The notes beneath the pieces are model-generated. The model searched no databases and was not told the DNA's origin. It saw only the letters and a program-made list of their open reading frames with translations. A DNA stretch of 64,000 nucleotides from Escherichia phage A73. Shown here piece after piece: positions 10,001 to 18,232 of the stretch. Within the stretch, counting starts at the first letter, position 1, and each line of letters begins with the position of its first letter. The DNA lies in the sequence record OP778609. One strand, given 5' to 3'. Position numbers and translations under genes: made by a program.

Positions 10001-10803
10001 AAGGTTACCTTATCCAAGGCGACTTCTGGGGTTGGACTGGTGCAGCATACGAGAACTTGGGTCGTATTCAAGGTCCGGTTGGACCAGTAGGTCCTACGGG
10101 TGACCAAGGACCACAAGGCCCTGTCGGTAACAAAGGCGATAAAGGCGACCAAGGGACCCTTTGGGTAGTTTTTGCTCGTGCACCAATGGTGAGCGATGGT
10201 CGTGTTAACGACCTGTACCTCAACTCTTCCACTCTGGAATATTACCGTAAAACTTCCGCAACGAACTGGGCACTGCTCGGATTCTTAGGTGGTGGTAACG
10301 TGTATGACGCACCAGGGGACGGAAAGCTGTATGTCCGTACTGATGGTGGTTGGGTTGAATTACCTACCGCAGAAGTTCTGGAAGCACCTCGTGATGGTAA
10401 CCAATACGTCCGTAAAGACGGCGCTTGGACAACTGTTACAGTTCCTGTAACGGAAGCACCACTTGAAGGTGGATTCTACGTCCGTGAAAATGGTGCGTGG
10501 GTTAAACTGGATCAGTACGATTTACGTGTTGTTGCTTCAACTGGTGCAATTGATGCAAGCTCTGGTAATGCTTGGACTTTAGATGGTACAACCAACAAGT
10601 CCTTGACTATCACCGGATTGCCAGCAGGAAGGGCTAAAACCATAGTTTTACGATTCACGGGTAACGGTGGTCAGATTAACTGGGATAGCCAGATCGCTTG
10701 GTCTAACGGAACAGCACCTACTCTCGGGGCTACTCGCACTATCCTAACCTTGTTCTGGGATGGTGAGTTCCTGACGGGTACTCAAGCAATGACTATAGGT
10801 TAA
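7003..10803 (+). CDS. Collagen-like repeat fibre protein
   Basis: 1266 aa; AGGAG RBS. Eight Gly-X-Y tracts alternate with ~40-aa modules (LP...GD[AF]Y[LV]...W...G); C-terminal globular region with three YVRxDGxW repeats. Confidence 0.8.
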   Translation: MAEYNDKVVEAFVTAPDPVVTTTGGGVIFDGIETEDTVSTLLIGDGTASSPLQAQVKLSRRAGNALTIVQSDTEQGLFATAGDAKVSASQVNIAKYVTAEEAAAQGDAGLEGILVEPVHATTTAVGDALEITADPLTAKKSRISLKVSPSATNALSVESDGLAVKVSPAVDNSLQVREGALYVAPVGADISQDPGNKLEQRSDGLFVETIKGDKGDQGEQGPEGPQGPAGEAGPAGPQGEKGDKGDQGEVGPAGATGPAGLTGATGPRGIEGPRGPAGIGINILDTLASEDQLPSVVDLSNGDTYVIGQSFFTVITEGGIKQWRNVGNFAGPEGLSAFEVAETAGFVGTVDDWLATLRGADGIGLQLLGSFQRIEDLPAEENNPGDAYIIQEKMYVWTGDTDGWQPVGQIGPEGRSAYQVWLANGNVGSQREFLESLKGEKGDTGDQGPQGIPGADGKNANAINILGSVADQASLPEGADAGDAYLIGTNVFVSDGAGNWQDLGSFQGPQGPTGAKGDKGDKGDKGDKGDKGDDNYAIAVANGFQGSVNEYLASIKGEKGDVGATGPRGLAGPQGEQGPVGAGLNILGSVASEDQLPQTGISEGDAYLIEADLYIFTGGQWTNVGNIKGPQGDVGPQGPQGPIGLTGAQGPQGATGAQGPAGPQGETGPQGGIGPQGETGEKGDKGDKGDKGDTGIGIVARGIVATQEALPADATTGDFYVVESEGNGYAWDGTAWVLTGLTRGPQGLKGDKGDTGEKGDKGDKGDAGDALKLKGLVATSAELPSTAELGDFYVAEDTGIGYAWDGVEFVSAGTVRGPQGEVGPQGEIGPQGPQGEKGDAGDQGPQGLVGETGAKGDKGDKGDVGSGLIPRGTLPSQADLPQTGEVGDFYVANDTGIGYAFDGTTFVEAGVARGPQGEQGPQGEQGPQGLKGDTGETGAQGPQGAQGEKGDTGERGEVGPQGDQGPQGEQGPQGDIGPGVEIIGRFDTSDELPSTGTLGQGYLIQGDFWGWTGAAYENLGRIQGPVGPVGPTGDQGPQGPVGNKGDKGDQGTLWVVFARAPMVSDGRVNDLYLNSSTLEYYRKTSATNWALLGFLGGGNVYDAPGDGKLYVRTDGGWVELPTAEVLEAPRDGNQYVRKDGAWTTVTVPVTEAPLEGGFYVRENGAWVKLDQYDLRVVASTGAIDASSGNAWTLDGTTNKSLTITGLPAGRAKTIVLRFTGNGGQINWDSQIAWSNGTAPTLGATRTILTLFWDGEFLTGTQAMTIG
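8548..8601 (+). repeat. Tandem 9-bp coding repeat (Lys-Gly-Asp units) inside collagen-like gene
   Basis: aaaggcgac aagggggac aaaggggac aaaggtgac aaaggcgat aaaggtgat: six near-identical 9-bp units; similar tracts near 9043-9084, 9249-9300, 9559-9590. Confidence 0.8.
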
Positions 10804-10812
10804 TTTTTAAAT

Positions 10813-10835
10813 GGGGGCTTAGGCCCCCTCTTTCA
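10813..10835 (+). terminator. Putative terminator after collagen-like gene
   Basis: GGGGGCttagGCCCCC hairpin followed by tcttt; T-run is short. Confidence 0.5.
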
Positions 10836-10848
10836 GAAAGGAGTTAAT

Positions 10849-11484
10849 ATGGTGATCGATAAGATTTATGGCTGGACCCCCATGATCCGCATGTCTGACA
10901 TGCGTTATCCGGTATACCTGGCCGACTACCGTGCTGAATATCCTAACGTATCTATTGGTAGCTTTGTTTACGCTGTCGGTATGGCTGAAGTTGGATATCA
11001 TGCGGTTTATGATGTACCGATGCCGCAAGGTGATGTTGTTACGGAAGGACTTCCAGAATTACGAGAAGACGGTTTCTGGTACAGAACTTGGAACGTTAGA
11101 GATTTCACCGAGCAAGAGATTGCCGATAATCTTATCCGTGAAAAAGAGCAACGCATCAATGAAGCTCGAATGGTTCTAGATAATGAAAGATCTGAGGGTG
11201 TTTTTGTATCCGGTAAAAGATATCAATCCGACGCTCAAGCTTTTACTTATTACAGTTCTATCTCTGCTGTTGCTAAAGATTCACCTGAAGGTGTTTTTCA
11301 CTTAGTGACCTCTGACAATCAGGTGGAGGAATTTTTTGGTGATGACGTTATTGTCCACATCAAAGAAATTCAAAAAGTAAATGCAAAAATTTACGATGAG
11401 TTTGCTAAAATTGTAAAAGTTATCCGCGAAGCAAAATCCCCTGAAGAAATCCCTCAAGTTCCTCCCTCGTTCCAAAATATCTAA
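10849..11484 (+). CDS. Hypothetical protein between the two collagen-like genes
   Basis: 211-aa ORF with AAGGAG RBS; no recognisable motif. Confidence 0.45.
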   Translation: MVIDKIYGWTPMIRMSDMRYPVYLADYRAEYPNVSIGSFVYAVGMAEVGYHAVYDVPMPQGDVVTEGLPELREDGFWYRTWNVRDFTEQEIADNLIREKEQRINEARMVLDNERSEGVFVSGKRYQSDAQAFTYYSSISAVAKDSPEGVFHLVTSDNQVEEFFGDDVIVHIKEIQKVNAKIYDEFAKIVKVIREAKSPEEIPQVPPSFQNI

Positions 11485-11516
11485 TTAATCTTCTAACGTA
11501 ACAGAAGGATGTAAAA

Positions 11517-13100
11517 ATGAGTAAAAGTATTAGCGGAATGGCAGGTCATAATAACGGTGTTTTTTACGGAAATGCCTTTTATGATTTAGAAAGAAAGGTT
11601 AAAATGGATTTTAAAGATATCATGGAAAAAGGTGATTCCAGCCAAACACCTGGTCCAGAAGGACCACAAGGACCAAAAGGGGATACTGGTCCTACCGGAC
11701 CTGTAGGCCCACAAGGTGATACCGGACCTCAGGGACCTGCGGGTTTTCAGGGTCCTGCGGGTTTTCAGGGTCCTGTTGGGGAGACAGGCCCTGCTGGCCC
11801 TGAAGGTAAAGAAGGACCCCAAGGCCCTCAAGGGGAGCAAGGTGTGGCTGGACCCACTGGACCTAAAGGTGATACTGGCGATCAGGGTCCTCAAGGAGAA
11901 CAAGGTCCTCAAGGTATTAAAGGGGACACTGGTGAACAGGGTCCTGCCGGACAAGAAGGACCAATAGGTCCAACTGGACCGACTGGCCCTGCCGGACCAA
12001 AAGGGGATGTTGGACCTCAGGGACCTAAAGGTGAAACTGGACCTCAGGGACCTATAGGACCACAAGGCCCTCAAGGGGATGTTGGCCCTGTAGGACCAGC
12101 AGGACTTACTTTCCGAGGTTTTTATGATCCTTTAGTTGAATACTCTCAGAACGATACTGTATCTTACAACGGATCTACTTATTTTTCCTTAAGAACAAGC
12201 ACAGGCGCTAGTCCAGACACATCACTTGAAGATTGGTCTTTATTGGCAGCAGAGGGAGCAAGAGGACCAGCAGGCCCTACAGGCCCTCAGGGACCTAAAG
12301 GCGATCAGGGTGAGATTGGTCCTGCCGGAGCTACTGGTCCTGAAGGTCCAATAGGTCCAACTGGCCCAACTGGCCCTCAAGGCCCTCAAGGGGATAAAGG
12401 AGATAAAGGAGAGGCTGGTCCTCAAGGACCTAAGGGTGATCAAGGGGTCAGAGGAGAACAAGGTCCACAAGGAATAACTGGGTCTACTGGCCCTGCTGGT
12501 CCGCAGGGGCCTAAAGGTGACAAAGGGGATGCAGGTCCTCAGGGTTTGGATGGGGCAACTGGATCAACTGGCGCTCAAGGCCCTCAAGGCCCTCAAGGCC
12601 CTCAAGGTATTAGAGGGGCAACTGGTCCGCAGGGGCCTAAAGGTGAAACTGGTGCTACCGGCCCACAGGGTCCAGCAGGTCAAAATAATACAAACAATCC
12701 AGTTTATACAACTCAACTTTCCGTATCGACAAGCTACTCAGCTATAGCTATACCAAACAACCCTGGCATCTCTTTTTCAGTCAGAAGGGTTGGGAATAAC
12801 ATTGAGTACTCTTTTATAGGCAACTCAATTGCAGGAAGGTATTTTGATGTTGAGGTTGTAAACTTTCCATCTGCTAACGTAGTTAAGAGATATCAGGCAA
12901 ATCACACAATTGCAGGAACTAGCAGGTATGTTGTAGGTGATCCTGCGGGTTATACTGGTGGAGGATATAAAAGGATTCAATTCTCAGCTAGAGATTGGGG
13001 AGATAAAAACATTATAATGATTGATGTTTTTCATCTTCAGCGCCCATCTGATACTAGTTTTAACATCGCCATTAGGATTGAGACATTCAAACTCCCTTGA
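11517..13100 (+). CDS. Collagen-like protein with C-terminal globular domain
   Basis: 527 aa; ~150-residue uninterrupted Gly-X-Y tract, short globular insert, second Gly-X-Y tract, then ~140-aa non-collagenous C-terminal domain. Confidence 0.8.
   Translation: MSKSISGMAGHNNGVFYGNAFYDLERKVKMDFKDIMEKGDSSQTPGPEGPQGPKGDTGPTGPVGPQGDTGPQGPAGFQGPAGFQGPVGETGPAGPEGKEGPQGPQGEQGVAGPTGPKGDTGDQGPQGEQGPQGIKGDTGEQGPAGQEGPIGPTGPTGPAGPKGDVGPQGPKGETGPQGPIGPQGPQGDVGPVGPAGLTFRGFYDPLVEYSQNDTVSYNGSTYFSLRTSTGASPDTSLEDWSLLAAEGARGPAGPTGPQGPKGDQGEIGPAGATGPEGPIGPTGPTGPQGPQGDKGDKGEAGPQGPKGDQGVRGEQGPQGITGSTGPAGPQGPKGDKGDAGPQGLDGATGSTGAQGPQGPQGPQGIRGATGPQGPKGETGATGPQGPAGQNNTNNPVYTTQLSVSTSYSAIAIPNNPGISFSVRRVGNNIEYSFIGNSIAGRYFDVEVVNFPSANVVKRYQANHTIAGTSRYVVGDPAGYTGGGYKRIQFSARDWGDKNIIMIDVFHLQRPSDTSFNIAIRIETFKLP
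12575..12607 (+). repeat. Tandem 9-bp coding repeat (Gly-Pro-Gln units)
   Basis: tcaaggccc repeated about 3.5 times within the collagen-like gene. Confidence 0.75.
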
Positions 13101-13105
13101 TAATA

Positions 13106-13135
13106 AAAGCCACCCTCGGGTGGCTTTATTTTTAT
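13106..13135 (+). terminator. Rho-independent terminator
   Basis: aaaGCCACCCtcgGGTGGCtttatttttat hairpin plus T-run. Confidence 0.65.
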
Positions 13136-13191
13136 ACAAATGACTTTCTTTTTATTTTATGGTAAAATGTTCTAATACACTGGAGGAATAT

Positions 13192-13713
13192 ATGACTGAT
13201 GAAGAAGTAGTACAACTTGTCCGTAACTTTTTAGGCGGTCTTACTGAAGATGAAATGCCTGATAGCATGATTCTGTTTTTCTATAATAAATGGAAGGTCT
13301 GTTATGATTTAGAAAACAGACCTGATCAATTCTCCATTATTCTTTATAACACCGTATTAGATTGTGTCCGCTGGCTTCTGGTTCAAAGCGTTTCAAGTGG
13401 TGCTTCTGGCATCCGTGAAAGATTTGAGAAGGTAGGTGATGAGACGATATCTGTTAAGTATGGAGATAGCTCAGGTAATTGGCAAAATTTCTTGGATTAC
13501 CTGCTTGAACATCCCGAATATATAGATCCTTGTTTAAAAGAGGCAAACGGGAATGGTTTAGGTCTTGTCATCATTGGCGGCGTAAGAAGAAATGAAGTTA
13601 ACCGTGTTCGTAGAAACCCAAATTCTCATAACGGTTTCATGGAGCAAGGTATCTATCCCGCACCAGGTACAAGATCCAGTGTAAGAAAGCGTAATCCGTG
13701 GATGGTTAAGTAA
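13192..13713 (+). CDS. Putative head-tail connector/adaptor protein
   Basis: ORF track gives 13159; ATG at 13192 follows a GGAGG RBS. Function guessed from position between head and tail genes. Confidence 0.35.
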   Translation: MTDEEVVQLVRNFLGGLTEDEMPDSMILFFYNKWKVCYDLENRPDQFSIILYNTVLDCVRWLLVQSVSSGASGIRERFEKVGDETISVKYGDSSGNWQNFLDYLLEHPEYIDPCLKEANGNGLGLVIIGGVRRNEVNRVRRNPNSHNGFMEQGIYPAPGTRSSVRKRNPWMVK

Positions 13714-13776
13714 AGCTTTGAGTTTGTTGCTTTTGCTCATCTATTGTGGTAAAATAACTTTCATGGAGAAATAACC

Positions 13777-14238
13777 GTGAAGAAAACATCGACAATTGAT
13801 TTTTCTGTCATGGATCGCTATTTCGACCAACTCTCAGATTTAGAAACAAAAGAGATTGAGGTGGGCTTCTTTGATGAGGCTCATTACTCTGGTTTGAATA
13901 TGGCGACTCTCGCAGCTATTCACGAATTAGGATGGAACAATCTTCCTGAACGTAACTTCATGCTTTCTACTTCGATTCATTATCGCGGTGGACTTATCAA
14001 GAACCTGAAACGGCTTAATGATGATTTGCTGAAAGGTAAGTCATACAACCCTGCACTAAAGAAAATCGGTAAAGACTACGCTGACAGCATTCGTTTTACG
14101 ATTGACCAAGGTACGTTCTCTAATAACCGAGTATCTACAGCATGGGCGAGCTATAAAGGGTTCAGTGATGCAATGATCCATTACGGCGATCTTTCAGATT
14201 CAGCGAAGTTTAAGATTGTCCCTCTTACGAAAGACTAA
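13777..14238 (+). CDS. Hypothetical neck/head-completion protein
   Basis: 153-aa ORF, GTG start behind GGAG RBS; position only. Confidence 0.35.
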   Translation: MKKTSTIDFSVMDRYFDQLSDLETKEIEVGFFDEAHYSGLNMATLAAIHELGWNNLPERNFMLSTSIHYRGGLIKNLKRLNDDLLKGKSYNPALKKIGKDYADSIRFTIDQGTFSNNRVSTAWASYKGFSDAMIHYGDLSDSAKFKIVPLTKD

Positions 14239-14247
14239 GGAGGCATC

Positions 14248-14688
14248 ATGTCTCGTGGCTATTTATTGTTAAGCCGTCGCAATCAGCTTATTCCTCGTAT
14301 CGAGGTTGAAGGTCGCAGACGTGCTTATAAAAAGGTTGATCTGGATGACCCGTTTGATAACGGTGGTCTGGAGATTGAATATACACCATTCACGGCTGTT
14401 GAATGTGTCATTCAACCAATCAGAGGCAAAGCGCTTCGTGACCAGAACAACCAACTGACTACTGCTGGTGAGGAAGATTATGATTCCTACACTGTGTATT
14501 CAGAAACTGTATTGTATCGTGCACAAGAAGGAACGGATAAACTTTCTGATCAATTGTGGCTTCCCAATTCTGTTGGTGAGAATAGTTGGTTTACAGTAAT
14601 GAAAGCTGACCGTTACCCAAGTGCAGGCAACATGAGATATCGTTACTATCTGATCGCTGTACCTGTTGGAACAGAGGGTGGATTATAA
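14248..14688 (+). CDS. Hypothetical neck protein
   Basis: 146-aa ORF with AGGAGG RBS; no motif. Confidence 0.4.
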   Translation: MSRGYLLLSRRNQLIPRIEVEGRRRAYKKVDLDDPFDNGGLEIEYTPFTAVECVIQPIRGKALRDQNNQLTTAGEEDYDSYTVYSETVLYRAQEGTDKLSDQLWLPNSVGENSWFTVMKADRYPSAGNMRYRYYLIAVPVGTEGGL

Positions 14689-15347
14689 TGGATCAATTGC
14701 CTAATGAGTTTACAAACTCCGACGAGATTATGGGCAATCTCACAAGGGTTATCGGTCGTCTCTTGAAAGACGTAACCACTTATAAGGTGGTTGAAGCTGG
14801 TGAAACAATCCCTAAAGTTGAGGGACCATTCATCCTCGTAGACCTCTCAGATTTAAGCCCTCTCGATTGGGAAACAAATCAGATTGTTGAGAATGGTATT
14901 ACACACACTGTTCACAACTACACTGCAACATACACACTCACCGCATATCGTGGAAAACCTCACTGGGCATTGACTCGTTTTCATCAGGCATTGAGCCTTG
15001 CATGGATAAGAGATAAATACTTCCCTGTCGGATCACCTTATGCTTACTCGTCCACTTCTTCTATTGCAAGATTAAGAATTCCTCTTAATGAGCAATATTA
15101 TGAAAACAGGGCAAGGGTACTGATTACCTTTAACGTTACGTTCGTTGAAAGTGACTTTGGTCAGTTTGAAAATATCGAGAGCATCATTATCGACACCAGT
15201 GTTTCAGATCCTTCTGGAAACAAGATCGAAAATGAAGCCATTGTAGATATCAACGTCAAACCAGGTGGTGATGGTCCTAGTATCCCGCCAGAACCGGAGA
15301 TTCCTTTCACTTACATCGATACTATCGTTACTGTAAACGAGAAGTAA
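14688..15347 (+). CDS. Hypothetical tail-completion/terminator protein
   Basis: 219-aa ORF, start overlaps upstream stop (TAATG); lies just before the sheath gene. Confidence 0.35.
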   Translation: MDQLPNEFTNSDEIMGNLTRVIGRLLKDVTTYKVVEAGETIPKVEGPFILVDLSDLSPLDWETNQIVENGITHTVHNYTATYTLTAYRGKPHWALTRFHQALSLAWIRDKYFPVGSPYAYSSTSSIARLRIPLNEQYYENRARVLITFNVTFVESDFGQFENIESIIIDTSVSDPSGNKIENEAIVDINVKPGGDGPSIPPEPEIPFTYIDTIVTVNEK

Positions 15348-15387
15348 ATCCGGTTATTGATAGGCACACGCTTATCAGTGACAAATG

Positions 15388-15404
15388 AGGGGCTTTTAGC
15401 CCCT
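15388..15404 (+). other. Stem-loop in intergenic region upstream of sheath gene
   Basis: AGGGGCttttaGCCCCT perfect 6-bp hairpin; no T-run, so possibly a processing or regulatory structure rather than a terminator. Confidence 0.35.
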
Positions 15405-15459
15405 AATCAATTGGCACTTCCGGTGCTAGTCAATAATCGTCTAGAAGCAGAGGATAAAC

Positions 15460-16875
15460 ATGGCTTATGAAGATAAGGTAGTTGACGTCGAGGTAACGCT
15501 TGGCACTCAACCTATTGATACCGTAGGGTTTGAAACCCCAATGTTCTTAGCAGTACACAATAATTTCCCTGAACGTCTCCGTCTGTACGGATCTGTGGAA
15601 AGTCTGGTTGGTGATGGATTTGCAGTTGGGTCCGCAGCATATCAATTCGCATCCAATGCATTTGGTGGGTCTTTTGCCCCACAACTGGTAGCAATTGGTC
15701 GTATGTCTATGTCTGGTTCTCGAATCGACTTCACAGGCACTACCAATACCGAGCGTGTTGTGGTAAACATTACTATCAATAAGGTGGTAAAGGCAATAAC
15801 TATCACGATCAACCCTGGAAACACCCCTGGTCAGATCGCAACTGCTCTTGCAGAAGGTATTAACAATGATGTAGATTTGGCTGGTCGCGTTACTGCAACT
15901 GTTGAAGGCAGTACAGTCGTAGTTGTGCAATCCGCAGAGATTATCAGTGTAGGTAAAGGCGAAGGTAGCTACAAGATTGTAAACACCTCTGTTGAAACTG
16001 TTGCAACTGTTCTTCCGCAGGTACTTGCTGAAAACCACAACTGGTACTTCCTGTCTCACGAACAACGTTCTGATGCAGATATCGTTGCAGCGGCTGAATT
16101 TGCACAAGCTAATTACAAACTGCACGTATATAACTCCAGTGACAGCGATGCTCTGGCAGCAGCTAACCAAAGCGCTTCCGTGTTTGATACACTGAAAGCT
16201 CTGGGTTACAACTCTCTGGGTACTTACGACAAAGAAGCGGATGTAGAATTCACCGAAGGTTCTGTTATCGGCGCAATGGCTGCTAACGATCCTTCTTACG
16301 GTGACTCTATTCACCTGAAGACAATGCCTGGCATGAAGCCTTCTACGATTTCCGAAACTCAGCGTAGCAACGCTTGGGGACGTAACGCAAACATCTATCG
16401 TGCAATGTACGGCACTAACAGCTACATCGAAGGGCGTACCTCCAGCGGTCAGTATGTTGACGTTATTCGTTTCTCCCATTGGCTGAAATTCCGCATGGAA
16501 GAATCTGTATTCGGATACATGAAGCGTCGTTCTGATCAAGGCCAGTCCATGAAGATGAGTGATGAAGACCTTCCGGTTCTGCGATCTATCCTGTTTAATA
16601 ACCCAATCAACATCGGTATTCGTAACGGTGGCATTCTGACTGGTTATGACACAGTGAACCGTGTTAGCTATGATCCGATTATCACCATTCCTCGCCGTGC
16701 TGAAATCCCAAGTAATGACTTAGCTAACCGTATTCTGCGTGATGTTAAAGTTGAAGTGGTTTACAACAACTCCCTGCACTACGTTAAAATTCGCGCTGCT
16801 GTTGTTCTGGATCGTCCGCAAAACACGACCCAAAGCACTCAGACTCCTTTCACTAACTCTACTGTAGGGGTGTAA
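15460..16875 (+). CDS. Tail sheath protein (putative)
   Basis: 471-aa ORF with AGAGGA RBS, immediately upstream of a 160-aa tube-like gene and the chaperone/tape-measure pair. Confidence 0.55.
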   Translation: MAYEDKVVDVEVTLGTQPIDTVGFETPMFLAVHNNFPERLRLYGSVESLVGDGFAVGSAAYQFASNAFGGSFAPQLVAIGRMSMSGSRIDFTGTTNTERVVVNITINKVVKAITITINPGNTPGQIATALAEGINNDVDLAGRVTATVEGSTVVVVQSAEIISVGKGEGSYKIVNTSVETVATVLPQVLAENHNWYFLSHEQRSDADIVAAAEFAQANYKLHVYNSSDSDALAAANQSASVFDTLKALGYNSLGTYDKEADVEFTEGSVIGAMAANDPSYGDSIHLKTMPGMKPSTISETQRSNAWGRNANIYRAMYGTNSYIEGRTSSGQYVDVIRFSHWLKFRMEESVFGYMKRRSDQGQSMKMSDEDLPVLRSILFNNPINIGIRNGGILTGYDTVNRVSYDPIITIPRRAEIPSNDLANRILRDVKVEVVYNNSLHYVKIRAAVVLDRPQNTTQSTQTPFTNSTVGV

Positions 16876-16878
16876 TAG

Positions 16879-17361
16879 ATGGCACTGAATCCTAAGTTAA
16901 TTAGTCTCCAGGCATACGACCCAGCGAAGGTTCTGATCTTCATCGGCGGTCAACGTGTTTCTGGATTTGCCGCTGATACGAAAGTTGTTGTTTCTCGTAA
17001 CAACGATAACATTACCCCGCTGTCTGGTGTTGATGGTGAAGTAAGTTCGGCTATCGTTCGCGACAACTCTGGTGTAGTAACTATCTCCTTGCAGAATACT
17101 TCTGTATGGAACGGTTATCTTTCCCAATGGCAGTTGCAAGCCCGTCTGACCGGACTTGTTTACTTCCCAATCCAGATTGAAGGTTCTCAGGGTCTGTCCT
17201 TGAACACCTTTGGTTGGATTCAACGTCAACCAGACCTGACCTATGGATCTGAAGTAGGGCAGATGGACTGGGAAATCGGCGTTGTCGATGCACAACTGAG
17301 TGCTGACCAGATTCAGGGTGTTGCTGCCGGAATCGGTGGAATCCTCGGTCTGGATCAATAA
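16879..17361 (+). CDS. Tail tube protein (putative)
   Basis: 160-aa ORF starting 4 nt after the sheath stop; position between sheath and chaperone. Confidence 0.5.
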   Translation: MALNPKLISLQAYDPAKVLIFIGGQRVSGFAADTKVVVSRNNDNITPLSGVDGEVSSAIVRDNSGVVTISLQNTSVWNGYLSQWQLQARLTGLVYFPIQIEGSQGLSLNTFGWIQRQPDLTYGSEVGQMDWEIGVVDAQLSADQIQGVAAGIGGILGLDQ

Positions 17362-17441
17362 TTACGTGAGCCTCAAGGATGAGGCCCTTCTCACGCAATG
17401 GATGATATTCATATTAACAAAGTGGACACAGGAGTGTAAAC

Positions 17442-17912
17442 GTGCAAGGTTTTAAATTTAAAAAGACCACAGAGATTACTCTTTGCGGCGGTAAGCGATT
17501 CACAATCTATCATTGGTCACCTACTCAAGTTATCCGTAATATGCCTAAGATTGGTAAACTGGTAGCTGTTCCTTTGGGCACGATGGCAGGTTCTGCTATT
17601 TCCGGTGGACAAGATTTTCAAGACGCTGTACCAACAGCAATTCTCTACATCTTAGATCGCATAGATGAAGGTGGTCTGGAAATTATTAATCTTCTGTTGG
17701 AAGGTGTAGAAGTAGACAACATGGGTGGCCCTATTGATATAGACGAAGTGTTCGATGGTCACGTAGAAGATTTGTTTAAACTGCTGGCAGAAATTATACA
17801 GGTGAACTACGGCTGTTTTTTCGGCAAGAGCGGTTTCGGGACAATCGAAAGTCTCCTTCAGAAGTTCGGTCTGGTTCGCAAGGTGGAGCAACTGGATCAG
17901 ACGGAAGCCTGA
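17442..17912 (+). CDS. Tail assembly chaperone (short form)
   Basis: 156-aa ORF (GTG start) between tube and tape measure; contains slippery heptamer T_TTT_TTC at 17816-17822. Confidence 0.55.
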   Translation: MQGFKFKKTTEITLCGGKRFTIYHWSPTQVIRNMPKIGKLVAVPLGTMAGSAISGGQDFQDAVPTAILYILDRIDEGGLEIINLLLEGVEVDNMGGPIDIDEVFDGHVEDLFKLLAEIIQVNYGCFFGKSGFGTIESLLQKFGLVRKVEQLDQTEA

Positions 17913-18175
17913 GGCCGCTGAGTACAGTGGAAAGGGCCTTGGAGTATTGTAGAAAAAACTCTAGTCTGAAATGGTATGACTATCTCTATTTCCGTGTCAT
18001 GGAGAAATTCAAGGGAGTTAACGAACTTTCTATCGAAAGTGGAGACATGGAAGACCTTCTTAAGAAAAATGAATATATCGATATTCAAGAATATTTGGAA
18101 GGGGTTCAAGACAAAGAGAAGGAATACGAACGCCAGCGAATGGAACAAGAGGCCCAGTTGAAACGGAGAAAGTAA
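17442..18175 (+). CDS. Tail assembly chaperone, -1 frameshift extension product (predicted)
   Basis: A -1 shift at 17816-17822 fuses residues 1-127 to the 17822-18175 frame (...NYGCFF/RQERFRDN...ERALEYC...), giving ~244 aa. Confidence 0.45.
17816..17822 (+). promoter_or_regulatory. Candidate -1 programmed ribosomal frameshift site
   Basis: T TTT TTC fits X_XXY_YYZ in the chaperone frame; the -1 frame is open from 17780 to 18175. Confidence 0.5.
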
Positions 18176-18183
18176 ATAAATAG

Positions 18184-18220
18184 GGCTGGAGTCGAAAGAC
18201 TCTGGCCTTTATTTTTATTA
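18184..18220 (+). terminator. Rho-independent terminator
   Basis: GGCTGGAGTCgaaaGACTCTGGCC: 10-bp stem with two G-U pairs and GAAA loop, then tttatttttatt. Confidence 0.6.
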
Positions 18221-18232
18221 TGAGGAGTCAAA

